Below, piece by piece: positions 22,753 to 36,330 of a stretch of DNA of 64,000 nt. The translations under genes were made by a program, and so were the position numbers. Under the pieces are notes generated by a model, which was not told where the DNA came from, made no database searches, and was given only the letters and a program-made list of their open reading frames with translations. This DNA comes from Octopus sinensis (lineage: Eukaryota). The stretch lies in the NCBI RefSeq assembly GCF_006345805.1, contig NC_043008.1:21886001-21950000 (forward strand). The letters run 5' to 3'. How positions within the stretch are numbered: the stretch's first letter is position 1; each line of letters opens with the position of its first letter.

Positions 22753-23272
22753 ATAGGCAGGAGTGGCTGTGTGGTAAGTCGCTTGCTTACCAACCACATG
22801 GTTCCGAGTTCAGTCCCACTGCATGACACCTTAGGCACCTTGTCTTCTCTCAGGCCAACCAAAGCCTTGTGAGTGGATTAGATAGATGGAAACTGAAAGA
22901 AGCCCATCATATGTATGTATGCATGTATGTATGTATGTATGTATGTATGTATGTATGCATGTATGTATGTATGTATGTATGTATGTATGCATGTATGTAT
23001 GTACGTATGTATGTATGTCTGTATGTATGTATGTATGTATGTATGTATGTATGTATGTGTGTATGTATGTGCGTTTGTGTGTGTATGTGTTTGTCCCTCC
23101 CCCCACCAACATCACCCTTGTTGATGTGTTTATGCCCTTGTAACTTAGGAATTCGGAAAAAGTGATCAATGGAATAAGTACTAGGCTTACATGGAATAAC
23201 GCCTGGGGTTAAATTGCTTGACTAAAGGCGGTGCTCCAGCATGGCCACAGTCAAATGAACGAAATAAACCAA
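22753..23272 (+). mobile_element. SINE family A with expanded internal (ATGT)n
   Basis: GGCAGGAGTGGCTGTGTGGTAAG head; GGTGCTCCAGCATGGCCACAGTC tail. Confidence 0.9.
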
Positions 23273-23280
23273 AGAGAAGA

Positions 23281-23312
<32 letters not shown>

Positions 23313-23516
23313 TATATATAATATTTATGCAGATATATATGTATCATATATTTATAAATAATGTACATATACATGATGTATATAAATACATATGTAAGTA
23401 ATATACATGTATATATTGTAAAAAATATAATTTACAGCATACACATACACTCACACACATATATATATATAAAACAAACATATATAAATATATCATATAT
23501 TCATATGTATATATAA

Positions 23517-23554
<38 letters not shown>

Positions 23555-23607
23555 CATTACGGATATAAGTTACAAATGTTGTTGTCTGTGGAGACATATT
23601 TTTGTAG

Positions 23608-23651
23608 AAAAAGGAAATAGTAGTCTTTTGGCTGCTCTTCTAAAATTTTCG
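23608..23651 (+). CDS. Candidate small internal exon (KGNSSLLAALLKFS), unidentified
   Basis: TTTTTGTAG acceptor, GTATGT donor, one open frame; no recognised homology. Confidence 0.2.
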
Positions 23652-23693
23652 GTATGTGGTCAAGCAACTTGTTGCAAAACCCTTATTGTTATA

Positions 23694-23735
<42 letters not shown>

Positions 23736-24381
23736 TATAAGTACATACATATATATATATATAATATATATATATATATTTACAGATATATGCGTATATA
23801 TATATATATATATATATATCAACATAAACATCAACAATGTGTATGTAATATATAGTAGAGAAGTAGAAACTCTTCTCCTCTGTGCTTCACTGACCAACTG
23901 ACTTGATTCCAGACAGACCTGATTCTCTGTGACACACACAGTTTAAAAGAAATACACAATACATGTGCATATGACTTGTAGCAGACACTAAGACCTTTAT
24001 TTGCAAGGAAATTAAAAACAAGGTGGGCACGGTGGAGGGCGGTGAGACCTTTGACATCAGCTGGTCACCATTTGCAGCTGTTGTTGTTGTTGTTGTTGGT
24101 GGTGGTGGTGTTAATGTTATTTTTTTTTTTTTCTGGTATTTTAAGTCCCAGATTTACAATGATTATAAGGTAGCAATGATCAAAGTTCTTCTTGTTATTT
24201 TTTGCTGCTGCCCATCTATGGAAGCAATGTGTGGATTTGAATGAGATATAAATACGTATGTATGTATGTATGTATGTATGTATATATGTATGTATGTATG
24301 TATGTTGCTCCATCATGGCCACAGTAAAAAAACTGAAGCAAGTAAACGAAAAAGAAAAGAAATATATATATACACACATTT

Positions 24382-24429
<48 letters not shown>

Positions 24430-25296
24430 CATACATTATATATATACATCATCATCATCGTTTAGCGTCCGTTTCCATGCTAGCATGGGTTGGACGTATT
24501 ATATATATATATATATACATAGAGAGAGAAGGAGAGAGTGAGAGAGAAAAAGAGAGAGAGAGAGAGAGAGATGAATATATATTTGTTATTTCTAGCGAAT
24601 CCCTCTTTGTCTCTCATATAAGTAAAGGAGTGCTGCTTATGGAGTTTAGCCCTAGGTCAACCCTGATCAAACAGGCCAATAATCATGAAGTGTGTTTCAG
24701 CCACGAGTAACCTTCTCAACACATTTTATTTATTTATTATTTATTTATTGATTGATTGATTTATCTATTTTTATCTATTTTTAATTTATCTATTTATTTA
24801 TCTATTTTTATTTATTTATTTCTGTAAGCTCTTTTACTTTTTTACTTACTGCTGTCATTGTGAAGTGATGGTGGCCATGCTGGAGCACTGACTGTATTGC
24901 TTAATGCGTTCTTCTATAGTTTAAGATGGTATGACACAGACACGAGGGATATACAAAGTATTTCCATCAGCTCCATGCTTCCGCATTGGCTCCTCTTCAT
25001 GTAATAGTTGTTGTTGTTGTTGTTGTTGTTCCTGTTATTTTTGTTGTTGTTGTTGCTGCTTCTGTTTAACCCCAGATCAGCTCTGGTAAAAAAACAGAAA
25101 CACACTATGACCAAAAGTGTGCCATCGATGAGCGATCATCATGTGTTTGGCACCCACCCACACATACACACATGAAGTAAATGTGACCTTCCTTATTTAC
25201 TATGGCATATAATGGTTTCAGTGGGATTTCACTGTAGTTTCTAGCATGTTGACCAATTATGTAGAGACTCCCGTGTTGTCTTATTTGTTTACCCCT

Positions 25297-25388
25297 TTGT
25301 CTTATTAGTTCCTTCCTTTGACATAACCCCTTCCAGCTGAGCTTGTCTTATTAGTTCCTTCCTTTGACATAACCCCTTCCAGCTGAGC
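25297..25388. repeat. 46-bp direct tandem duplication
   Basis: TTGTCTTATTAGTTCCTTCCTTTGACATAACCCCTTCCAGCTGAGC twice. Confidence 0.9.
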
Positions 25389-26300
25389 AAATAGGGTTAC
25401 ATTCTGACCCCTTTTCACTTAACACATTCTTGTATAATAAATATTTATTTTTACGCTGGAGATTGGAGAATTAAACACAAGGTCAATTATTTTTTCTTTA
25501 AGGAAATGGAGTGAATATATTTGCTCCATTAATTCAACCTTAGTATATCACTGGTACTTTATATCTAAAGTTGACTCCTTTTCAGGTTTTACCTGATAAG
25601 AAAGAAATACTTATACATACACTAAAAGGATATTTCATAGAGCATGCTTCTTCTTGTTATTGTTTAGACCCAGAATAGATATACGGTTAAGGCGTTCCAT
25701 CCTTGAATGTCTTGGCTTTCTGTCTAATACAGAGAATTTATCTTGGACCATTTTATTCAATTCATCATTTCTTCCTTATTATTGTACCAGGGTTCAATTT
25801 GAAGGAAATTTGACTGCTATTTCTAGCTGATCAAGTGACTGTCACTTGCAGAGGTTCTGTCTTTTACTAGGCAACTCACTTACATTCCTGCTTTCTACTC
25901 AGTCACCTTTTAATATGTATGTGTGTCAGTGCCCCTTCATGGGGATTCCATCTAACCTATTGGTCCTGGGAGTGAAGGACCAAAGAGGGACCCATGCTAT
26001 CTGCCATATTGCCCCTAAGAAAGGGAAAAGAAAAACAAACCTCAAATTCCTCTGATTTTTTTTGAGAGGTTCTTCTGGAATCAGAGCCTGATTCATGAGG
26101 GAAGCTCTTGCTTTGCTTTCTCATATTTCTCTCAGACACGCTGTACATATTATTCATGATCTTGGGAGATTTCGTATTGCTTGTTCTTAACTTGGAAGAA
26201 AAATAGAAAGCTAAGAGTTGAACTCGGAATGTTAAGCAATGAGACCAAATACAGGCAGTGTTGCTGTTTTTTTTCTTCTTTTTTGCACTTGCTGGGTCTT

Positions 26301-26824
26301 GAGAAAGGGGCCATGCTCACAGCTTTTGCAAGGGTTCTGAGAAAGGGGCCATGCTCACAGCTTTTGCAAGGGTTTTGAGAAAGGAGCCATGCTCACAGCT
26401 TTTGCAAGGGTTTTGAGAAAGGGGCCATGCTCACAGCTTTTGCAAGGGTTTTGAGAAAGGGGCCATGCTCACAGCTTTTGCAAGGGTTTTGAGAAAGGGG
26501 CCATGCTCACAGCTTTTGCAAGGGTTTTGAGAAAGGGGCCATGCTCACAGCTTTTGCAAGGGTTTTGAGAAAGGGGCCATGCTCACAGCTTTTTCAAGGG
26601 TTTTGAGAAAGGGGCCATGCTCACAGCTTTTGCAAGGGTTTTGAGAAAGGGGCCATGCTTACAGCTTTTGCAAGGGTTTTGAGAAAGGGGCTATGCTCAA
26701 AGCTTTTGCAAGGGTTTTGAGAAAGGGCCATGCTCACAGCTTTTGCAAGGGTTTTGAGAAAGGGGCCATGCTCACAGCTTTTTCAAGGGTTTTGAGAAAG
26801 GGGCCATGCTCACAGCTTTTGCAA
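26301..26824. repeat. 38-bp minisatellite, ~14 highly similar units
   Basis: Unit GAGAAAGGGGCCATGCTCACAGCTTTTGCAAGGGTTTT. Confidence 0.97.
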
Positions 26825-27554
26825 ATCTTCTATGACTTGAGTAGTAGCTGATATCATTAACATTACTCTTGAACCATTGCATGTTAACATTCAAGGGACA
26901 GGCATGAACACAGAGGTAGTTCCACGGTACCCATGTTTTGAGAAGGAAAAGAAGGACTGAACATAGTTATTACCACCTTAATATTTCCTAATACTGGTTT
27001 ATTACATTAGCTCAAAACTCCAAATCTATAAAGGAAGAGTTCTTGCATTTAAGCCCTTCACTCCCAATGGAGAAATGGCCATCAAAGTATTTTCTCTACT
27101 CTTCTCATCTTTGGGCTGTCTTTTTCTGCTTCTTCCCCAAGGTCTTGTTGGTTTTGAACTGTTACCAATGCTTCTGTAACACTGCTTTTTTTCTAGGTAA
27201 AAGTGTTAGCCCTATGGGAACCCATTTTTATGGCTATGAAGAGGTGGTACATAGTAGTCTGGTCTCTATCTTTTCACCTGTCCAGCAAGGGAGTAGGAGT
27301 TTGTGCTCCACTGTCATAGCTCTCAGGGTCATTGAGATACAAACCAGCACACCACAAGGGCTGGACATTAAATAGATAAGGGTAGGGTGACATCAGTTAA
27401 ATCCAAGACCATGATAACAATGGCATTTATGTTACTGGCCCTATGACGTTTGTGGCTAGGGGGCAATATATACAGTTGAACCTAAAGGGATCTGAAATCA
27501 CAATTTGAACAATCTAATGATTTCCATCTACTAAACACACAGCAAAAAAGTTAT

Positions 27555-27715
27555 AGGCTGCTGGTGGTTGGTGTTGGGAAGAGCATCCAGCTGTAAAAGC
27601 CATACCAAAACAGACACAGAAGTCTGGTGCAAACTCCTGCCTGATCAGCTCCTGTCAAACCGTCCAACCCATGCCAGCATGGAAGGCAGACGTTAAATGA
27701 TGATGATGATGATGT
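27555..27715 (+). mobile_element. SINE family C 3' part
   Basis: GGAAGAGCATCCAGCTGTAAAA...CCAACCCATGCCAGCATGGAAGGCAGACGTTAAATGATGATG. Confidence 0.85.
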
Positions 27716-28407
27716 AGTTTGTTACTGGTGTAGAGATAAGGTGGCTGAAGAAAGTTAGGATGCTGGTCTTATGATCAGACGGATGTGAGTTTGATTTCTC
27801 AATCAATGCTGCACTTTGCTTCACATTTTTCCAGTTTACCCAACTCGTAAACCAATACCTCCCTTGTGCTGATGCAGCCCTCCATCCTTAGAGTTGTCAT
27901 TCCTGAAATGTTCTGCTGATGCGTGGGTGAGCATTTTAAGAGAATTCCTACCTTTTCTCAAGCCTACTTAAACACTTAAAAACAAATTCATAAAACCATG
28001 GCCCATACTAAAAACTCATACTTGTTTGTGAGTGAGGGTTGTCATTAGTTTTATATTTACAGTAATTTATTCTACCAAAATCGCCAAAATGGAAAGTAAA
28101 GTTGACCCACATGCAGAGTGACCTTATTAAATGTTGTAAGACATTTAGTCCAATACCAATATGCTCACCTTTTATTCAAGTTCTTTTTTGACCAACTGCG
28201 TCAATTGCAACGCCTGTTCCCTTCTTATATTAAACTTCAAAGTTACAGTCAACCTTTTCTTTAAAACCTACCCAGTCTGATGATCAGGAACATGAAATTT
28301 AACTATATAAATATCAGGTGCTAACTATAATAATCACACACACACATCACCTCACATACATGCACACATGTAAGCATTAATGCTTGTTTCTATCTAGGTT
28401 GTTAAAG

Positions 28408-28535
28408 GATAAGTACCAAAAAATATGTGCCAGTGAAAGGACTCAATATTAGGCATAGCATCAAATATTATTATGTAAAAAACGAGGAGGGTAACTATAA
28501 TTTCAAGCTTGTCCCATCAGTCATTATCAAAAATG
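28408..28535 (+). CDS. Candidate exon (ISTKKYVPVKGLNIRHSIKYYYVKNEEGNYNFKLVPSVIIKN), unidentified
   Basis: 42 open codons in unique sequence ending at G|GTAAGA; the acceptor is weak. Confidence 0.2.
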
Positions 28536-28727
28536 GTAAGAGAGGATGGAACTAGTCAAAGCATGTACCTGTAGGTCAGAGAACAACATTTGGTGAAGGG
28601 CACCTGCCTTTGTTTGTCAGAGTGATTTTGGATCTTTAGAGTTCCCTGAATGACTTTGGTCAAAGGACTGCCTGTATCAAAATTATCATATCACCCATGT
28701 TTTTCTATACTCTTTTCTCTTTTTTTA

Positions 28728-28933
28728 TTCTTTTACTTGTTTCAGTCATTTGACTGTGGCCATGCTGGAGCACCGCCTTTAGTCAAGCAAATCGACCAAA
28801 GGACTTATTCTTTGTAAGCCTAGTACTTATTCTATCGGTCTCTTTTGCCGAACCGCTAAGTTATGGGGACATAAAGATACCAGCACCGGTTGTCAAGCAA
28901 TGTTGGGGTACAAACACAGACACACAAACATAT

Positions 28934-28977
<44 letters not shown>

Positions 28978-29137
28978 CAGACTTCTTTCAGTTTCTCTCT
29001 ACCAAATCCACTCACAAGGCTTTGGTCAGCCTGAGGCTATAGTAGATGACACTTGCCCAAGGTGCCACGCAGTGGGACTGAACCTGGAACCATGTGGCTG
29101 GTAAGCAAGCTACTTACCACACAGCCACTCCTACGCC

Positions 29138-29140
<3 letters not shown>
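28728..29140 (-). mobile_element. SINE family A, full length
   Basis: Head and tail both present. Confidence 0.92.
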
Positions 29141-29200
<60 letters not shown>

Positions 29201-29227
29201 GATTATTATCATTATTATCATTGTTGT

Positions 29228-29445
29228 AGGGAGCTGGCAGAATCATTAGCATGCTGGATGAAATTCTTAGGAGTATTTCGTTTGGTGTTATGTTCTGAGT
29301 TCAAATTTCACCAGGGTCAACTTTGCCTTTCATCCTTTCGGAGTCAAAAAATTAAGTACCACTTGAGTACTGGGGTCAATGTAATCGGCTTAATCCTTCC
29401 ACCTAAATTTGAGGCCTTGTGTTTCCAGTAGAAAGGATTATTATT
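29228..29445 (+). mobile_element. SINE family B
   Basis: GAGCTGGCAGAATCATTAGC...GAAAGGATTATT. Confidence 0.85.
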
Positions 29446-29457
29446 ATTACTAATATT

Positions 29458-29827
29458 ATTACCTCCACCTTAGCGAAGGCAGAGGTATTGTTTTCAGTTG
29501 TACTTGTTTGTTTGTTTGGCTATGGAAAAGATATCTCAAGAACCACTGGATGGATTTGGGTGAAACTTTCAGGGATGTTTGGCCTCACGACAGGCACGAA
29601 CTGATTAGATTTTGGGATCGATCTGATATGGGACAAGGATTGTGGATTATTTTTCCGTTTTTTTACTTAATTTTTGAGGGCAGTCAGGTTCGTTTTCAAT
29701 ATTTTTGTTTGTGAAAGCAATCGAGTTTATTTCAGATATTCTCATTTTAAGAATCATCTCTGGCTAATTGTTGAGAGGACGTTGGTGTTGCCTTGGTAGA
29801 GGTTTGTGCTCTCTGAGTGGTCCTGTT

Positions 29828-29828
<1 letters not shown>
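29458..29828 (+). mobile_element. Helentron-associated non-autonomous element (HINE/DINE-1-like)
   Basis: 5' ATTACCTCCACCTTAGCGAAGGCAGAGGT hairpin/subTIR, (TTTG)n, GGATTTGGGTGAAACTT, 3' CCTTGGTAGAGGT...GCTCTCTGAGT. Confidence 0.65.
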
Positions 29829-29859
<31 letters not shown>

Positions 29860-30047
29860 TATTATTGTTATTATTATTACAATTATTATTATCATTATTA
29901 TTCGACTTGACTCAGGATTGGTCTTGTTCCTGGTAGAATTTATGTCAGTAATCTTAGATATTGACATGAATTCAATAAACTTGTCTTTTCTGTTCCTAAG
30001 AGGCAAAACATCAGCAGAAGATCTGCATATTATTATTATTGTTATTA

Positions 30048-30085
<38 letters not shown>

Positions 30086-30107
30086 ACTTTTTCTTTCTCT
30101 TATTATT

Positions 30108-30530
30108 GAGTGAGAGGGCAGCACATGCTATCAAAGTGACACTAGGGTACAAATATACAAAGCCCAATATACCCAACATGACTACCCGTCTGTTAAGGGT
30201 ACACCAGGCTCATGCATCACAACCACATTTGCATGGTATGGCGACCTCATATCAAAATAAATAGCTCATGACCTTGCAAGTGGGGCCCAGTTTGAATTTT
30301 CTTCAGGTTGAGTAACCCATCCCATTCAAAAGGTCCCTGAAGAAGGTTTGTTTAAAGATGATGAATGAAACACCCTTGTTTCCAGAGGTGAATTATTCAA
30401 ACTCCAAAGAATTCCTCTCAACACAGGACTATGATGTTCCCCACCACTACTCCTGCTTAGGATCAGAGATGCACATACCGTCAGCCACTAAGGGACATGC
30501 TCAACTGGTTATGGTCAAGCAACTGACACA
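30108..30530 (-). mobile_element. Element F, third copy (opposite orientation)
   Basis: Reverse complement of 14125-14592; starts directly from (TTA)n. Confidence 0.7.
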
Positions 30531-30534
30531 CTAT

Positions 30535-30780
30535 GTTTTGCTATGTGTAGGACCAGTCCAAATATCAGCCAAGTCCATCATGTGGATCTCCATAGCACCT
30601 ATCTTTAACAAGGTGGAACAGCCATTGTTCCACTATGTAGAGGCTATGACAAAAGAGATTGTGTGGTGGATGAGGCTGAAAGGAATGAAGAAAGACACCT
30701 TCCTCTTTGCTCAAGCCCTCATTGACACTTTTAAGCTCCCTATAGAAAATGGAAAGGTGACAGTGAAGTTGGAAGTGTTC
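30535..30780 (+). mobile_element. Tx1/L1-clade LINE ORF2 C-terminal fragment
   Basis: EAMTKEIVWWMRLKGMKKDTFLFAQALIDTFK matches the 16525 fragment. Confidence 0.55.
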
Positions 30781-30794
30781 TCTCCCCACCTAAC

Positions 30795-30962
30795 TGGCCC
30801 TCGTGCTGGTGGCATGTAAAAGCATCCACTACACTCTCAGAGTGGTTGGCATTAGGAAGGGCATCCAGCTGTAGAAACTCTGCCAGATCAGATTGGAGTC
30901 TGGTTCGCCAGACCTCAGTCAAATCATCCAACCCATGCTAGCATGGAAAACGGACGTTAAAC

Positions 30963-30993
<31 letters not shown>

Positions 30994-30995
30994 TT
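30795..30995 (+). mobile_element. SINE family C 3' part
   Basis: GGTTGGCATTAGGAAGGGCATCCAGCTGTAGAAAC...GGACGTTAAACGATGATG. Confidence 0.88.
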
Positions 30996-31139
30996 GGTGA
31001 CTCTGGCAAAAATGGTTAGGGTGAATGAATCTACTTAAAGAACAACTGTTGAGTGTGTGCCAATTCCTTTGGTGGTTAGGGTAATCTTGGATCTGTGGGG
31101 TTCCTTTATTCACCCTATTTAGAGGTTCTTCCATTTCAG

Positions 31140-31221
31140 TGCAGAGTGAAGAACACAGGAGTAAACAAAACCATAACCACTACTGGGCATATAGTGTGTT
31201 GCTATACCAATTCCGATATTG
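31140..31221 (+). CDS. Candidate 82-nt exon, two frames open, unidentified
   Basis: TTCCATTTCAG acceptor, G|GTAAAA donor; frames CRVKNTGVNKTITTTGHIVCCYTNSDI or QSEEHRSKQNHNHYWAYSVLLYQFRY. Confidence 0.2.
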
Positions 31222-32258
31222 GTAAAATAAAAATGCAATAAATATCGTAATCATCATGCTTCATGCTTTGATGTTGTTGTTATTAGTTTTTCATTTCCCA
31301 ATGAAGTAGACACGAATTCAGTGGCATTCCAGACATGACCATCCTGCTGATACAGTGTATCTGCGACTACATTATCTCATGTCCCACTCATTTTTGTCAA
31401 AGACTGCAGTGTTTGATTTGAGGAAAATTTGGCTGCTATATCTAGCGGATACAATGAATGTGTAGTGGATCTCTCAGTGACTTGTTTTGCAAGTTTGATG
31501 TTCGTAGTTACAAATTGTATATATGTATATATATGTATATATATATACATATATATATACATATACATATATATACATAAATACATGTATGTATTTATTT
31601 ATATATATATATAAATATATATATAAATATGTATATGCATATATATGTGTGTATGTATATATATATATACATATACACACACACACATATATATATATGA
31701 TGCATACATAAAGTTATTGACACACACTCACACGTGTCTGTGTGTGTGTCAGTGTATACACACGACTATATAAAGTAAACAATTATATACGTGGGTGTAC
31801 ATATATATATATGCGTATTTGTGTGCGTAGGTGTTTCTGCATCTGTAGAGTCCATATATTTATTTACAATACATACCCACATTCATATATATTTACATAC
31901 ATATATACATACATATATACATTTACATTTCTATACATATAAAATGAGCCAGCCATGGCATGTAACCACATAAAGTTGATGGTTATCAAAGAGGAAGTAA
32001 GCAGAATCAATGAATTTCCCTTGAAAACTACCTTTGGTAAATAAACCATTCCACTCTGACTTGATATATAAATAATCTAGGATGGCCTATAAACGCATTG
32101 AGTGTAAACAGGCATAACATTCCTGTGACATTTTATATATATACATATATGTATATATTTATGTGTGTATGCATGTGAGTTTATTTACATATATATATAT
32201 CTCATATGTATGTATGTGTGTGTACATGTATGTATGTACATGTGTATGTAAAGATATA

Positions 32259-32429
32259 TATAGGAGTGGCTGTGTGGTAAGTAGCTTGCTTACCAACCAC
32301 ATGGTTCAAGGTTCAGTCCCACTGCATGGGACCTTGGGCACGTGTCTTCTACTATAGCCTCAAGTCATCCAAAGCCTTGTGAGTGGATTTGGTTGACAAA
32401 AACTGAAAGAAGCCTGTTGTATATATGTG

Positions 32430-32477
<48 letters not shown>

Positions 32478-32702
32478 AGTGTGTGTGTGTGTGTGTTTGT
32501 GTGTCTGTGTTTGTCCCCACCAATGTCTCTTGACGACCGATGCTGGTGTGTTTACATCCCCGTAACTTAGCAGTTTGGCATAAGAGACAGATAGAATAAG
32601 TACTAGGCTTACAAAGAATAAGTCCTGGGATCGATTTCCTCGACTAAATGTGGTGCTCCAGCATGGCCGCAGTCAAATGACTGAAACAAGTAAAAAAGAA
32701 GA
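32259..32702 (+). mobile_element. SINE family A, full length
   Basis: Head and tail present. Confidence 0.92.
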
Positions 32703-33114
32703 ATAAAAGAATATATACAAATGTATGTATGTATGTATGTATGTATGTATGCAGAGAGAGTAAGAGAGATAGGGAGAAAGAGAGAAAGAGAAACATATAT
32801 ATGTCTATGTATGTCTGTTTGTATGCCATATATCTAAATATATGTGAATGGAAGCGTATCATCATTGCATCATTGTGTCCTATATATATATGTAGTTTTG
32901 ACTTTAAGAGTCCTTCCTTGCGTGTGGCATTTATGTATAGTAATGCCCTCTATATAAGATATAAATATATATATACATTTATGTATATCTTTTGGTGAGG
33001 AATTGATTCTTGAAGCACAAATAAATCTATGAATAATTTAAAAAATAGCATGTGTATATTGAGTTTAATGGCCCTTTTGGATAGAAAATTTCAAAGGCTT
33101 CCATGTACATGTAG

Positions 33115-33345
33115 AGGCGCAATGGCCTAGTGGTTAGGGCAGCGGACTCGCGGTCGCAGGATCGCGGTTTCGATTCTCAGACTGGGCGTTGTGTGTGTTT
33201 ATTGAGCGAAAACACCTAAAAGCTCTACGAGGCTCCGGCAGGGGGTGGTGATCCCTGCTGTACTCTTTCACCACAATGGCGGTGCCCCAGCATGGCCACA
33301 GCTCAAGAGCTGAAACTGGAAAAACAAAAAACAAAAAAACAAAAA
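33115..33345 (+). mobile_element. SINE family D (tRNA head), short young copy with A-like tail
   Basis: GGCGCAATGGCCTAGTGGTTAGGGCAGCGG A box, GTTTCGATTCT B box; CpGs intact; tail GGCGGTGCCCCAGCATGGCCACAGC. Confidence 0.85.
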
Positions 33346-33949
33346 CATGTCACATATTTTTATGCACCAGACTAGACTTCTAGCAGGATAGAATTTTGAA
33401 TGCTGTTTTTCAATAATTCTTGGAATCCAAAAGAAAATATACCATTAATTAATTAATTAATTAACACCTGGCAAATCAATTACAAAACCATGCTAATGTA
33501 TCCCTACTTCGTTTTATCAATGCCAAAAACGAAAATGATAAATACACATACAAGCAAAAAAACAAAAAAAAAACAAAAAAACTTGTTATATATCTTCATA
33601 AGGAATCTATGACAACAGAGTTAAAAACATGTTTTTATTACTAAAATAGTGAATTTTCAAATTTTACGTTAAAAAAAAATAGATGAAAAATATTAATAAA
33701 TAATAAAAGCACGCGTATTTAATCGTTTGTGGTTTTAGAGTTGAGTGAATTGGTGGTTGTTGTTTCAACAATATCAATTGTTGCTTTATTGCATGTGCAA
33801 TCATTCATGAGTCAGAGCCACACTCTGCTCACACCTCTGGTGTATTATATGTATGCACAACATCAATGCAGAATTCTGCAGCGATATTGCTCCACTGTAT
33901 CTGAAATTTCTTTAACAGATTACTGCACAATGTACATATATGCATCTAT

Positions 33950-34430
<481 letters not shown>

Positions 34431-34825
34431 CATCTATATAGCTCTCTATATAAATAGCCAACATATCTATTTATACATACAATTGTGTACTTGAGTATGT
34501 GTGCGTGTACGTGTATGCAATTGAGTCCATGTTTGTCCCTCAGCACTGTTTACAACTGCTGTTTGTGTCTTTATGTCCCCATAACTTAGTAATTTGCCGA
34601 AAGAGAACAATAGGATGGGACAGGATGATTACTGGAGCCAATTTGTTTGAAATTCTTCAAGATGGTGCCCCAGCATGGCCACAGTCTAATGACTGAAACA
34701 AAAGATAACACACACACACATCATTCATTCAGCATCCAGTAATACTTCATCATACTCTCACTTTATTTGTTTTATGTGTATATATCCTCATATATACCTT
34801 GTTATATACATATATATATATATAA

Positions 34826-34899
<74 letters not shown>

Positions 34900-35699
34900 T
34901 ATATATATAATATATATATATATATATTTATATATAATGTATATATTATGTATTAAACATGGTTAAACTCATATACACAGTTATACGTACATACATGCAT
35001 ACATGGTTATACATACATACAAACCTAAACACACACAGATACATATACATATATATATATATATACATATATATATATGCATGTGTTATGCGTGCATAAC
35101 TTTATTGTGACAATGCTGAATATAGCGTTGTGTTTAGATATTTGGCTATATTTATTTATGTATCCCTGTATAACACACTCACACACACATGTCTATACGC
35201 ATACACTCACACACGCACATACATGCATACATACACATATACATACATACATAAATGCATATGTAAAAATAGATGCATGGATTTTCGTTTTTTTTAACCC
35301 TTGCCATATGCAACAATAGTTAACCATGATGTAGTAGTAGTAATGGTGGTGGTGGTGGTGGTGGTGGTGGTGGTAGTAGTAGTAGTTATGGTTGTAGTAG
35401 TAGTATATTGTGTGTGTGTGTCTATATTTAGAGATACATGAAATTCCTACTTAATTAAGCTATTGATCTCTTCATACATGTGTCTACGCTGGCATAACTG
35501 TATTAAATATACACCTATATAAATACACAGTGTATTATAAAGACGACAGAACTCCAGCATGATCACAGCTGTATTGGTTAAGCAATTTTTAAACCTGAAG
35601 AATTAACAAGTTAATGCGAGTCCCTTTACGATACCATTGGTCTATTTGCCAGAAATGGCAGCTAAATGCTCTTAACATTTCTTCCTTCCATCTTATAAT

Positions 35700-36330
35700 G
35701 GTTCTTTCTACTCTAGGCACAAGGCTTGAAATTTTGGGGTTAGGGGGTAGTCAATTACATTGACCCCAGTACTCAACTGGTACTTAATTTATTGACCCCA
35801 AAAGGGTGAATGGCAAAGTCAACCTCAGCAGAATTTGAACTCAGAACATAAAGGCAGACAAAATACCTATTTCTTTACTACCCACAAGGGGCTAAAAAAA
35901 GAGAGGACAAACAAGGACAGACAAAAGGATTAAGTCTATTATATCGACCCCAGTGCATAACTGGTACTTATTTAATCAACCTCGAAAAGATGAAAGGCAA
36001 AGTCGACCTTGGCAGAATTTAAACTCAGAATGTAAAGACAGACGAAATACCGCTAAGCATTTTGCCCAGCGTGCTTATGTTTCTGCCAGTTTGCCACCTT
36101 CCTCCCATCTAAAATAATCTTTTCTACTCTAGGCACAAGGCCTGAAATTTTGGGGGAGCAGGCCAGTCGACTGCATCGATCCCAGTACTCAACTAGTACT
36201 TATTTTATCGACCCCAAAAGGATGAAAGGCAAAGTTGACCTCAGCAGAATTTGAACTCAGAACGTAAAAAACAGATGAAATACCGCTAAGCATTATGCCC
36301 AGCGTGCTAATGTTTCTGTCAGCTTGCCGC
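35700..36330 (-). mobile_element. Stack of three SINE B units inside a family E copy
   Basis: Three cores; flanking CTTCCTCCCATCTTAAATAAT-like sequence at 35681, 36098 and 36331. Confidence 0.85.

Noticed and set aside
26301-26824. CRISPR-like array (also considered for the 42-bp and 79-bp arrays)
   Set aside because: Units are contiguous with no unique spacers, no cas genes are present, and the context is eukaryotic
33115-33190. tRNA gene (also 2826-2900, 38485, 51208, 52338, 53330)
   Set aside because: A and B boxes are present but no complete cloverleaf or acceptor stem; each continues into a SINE body
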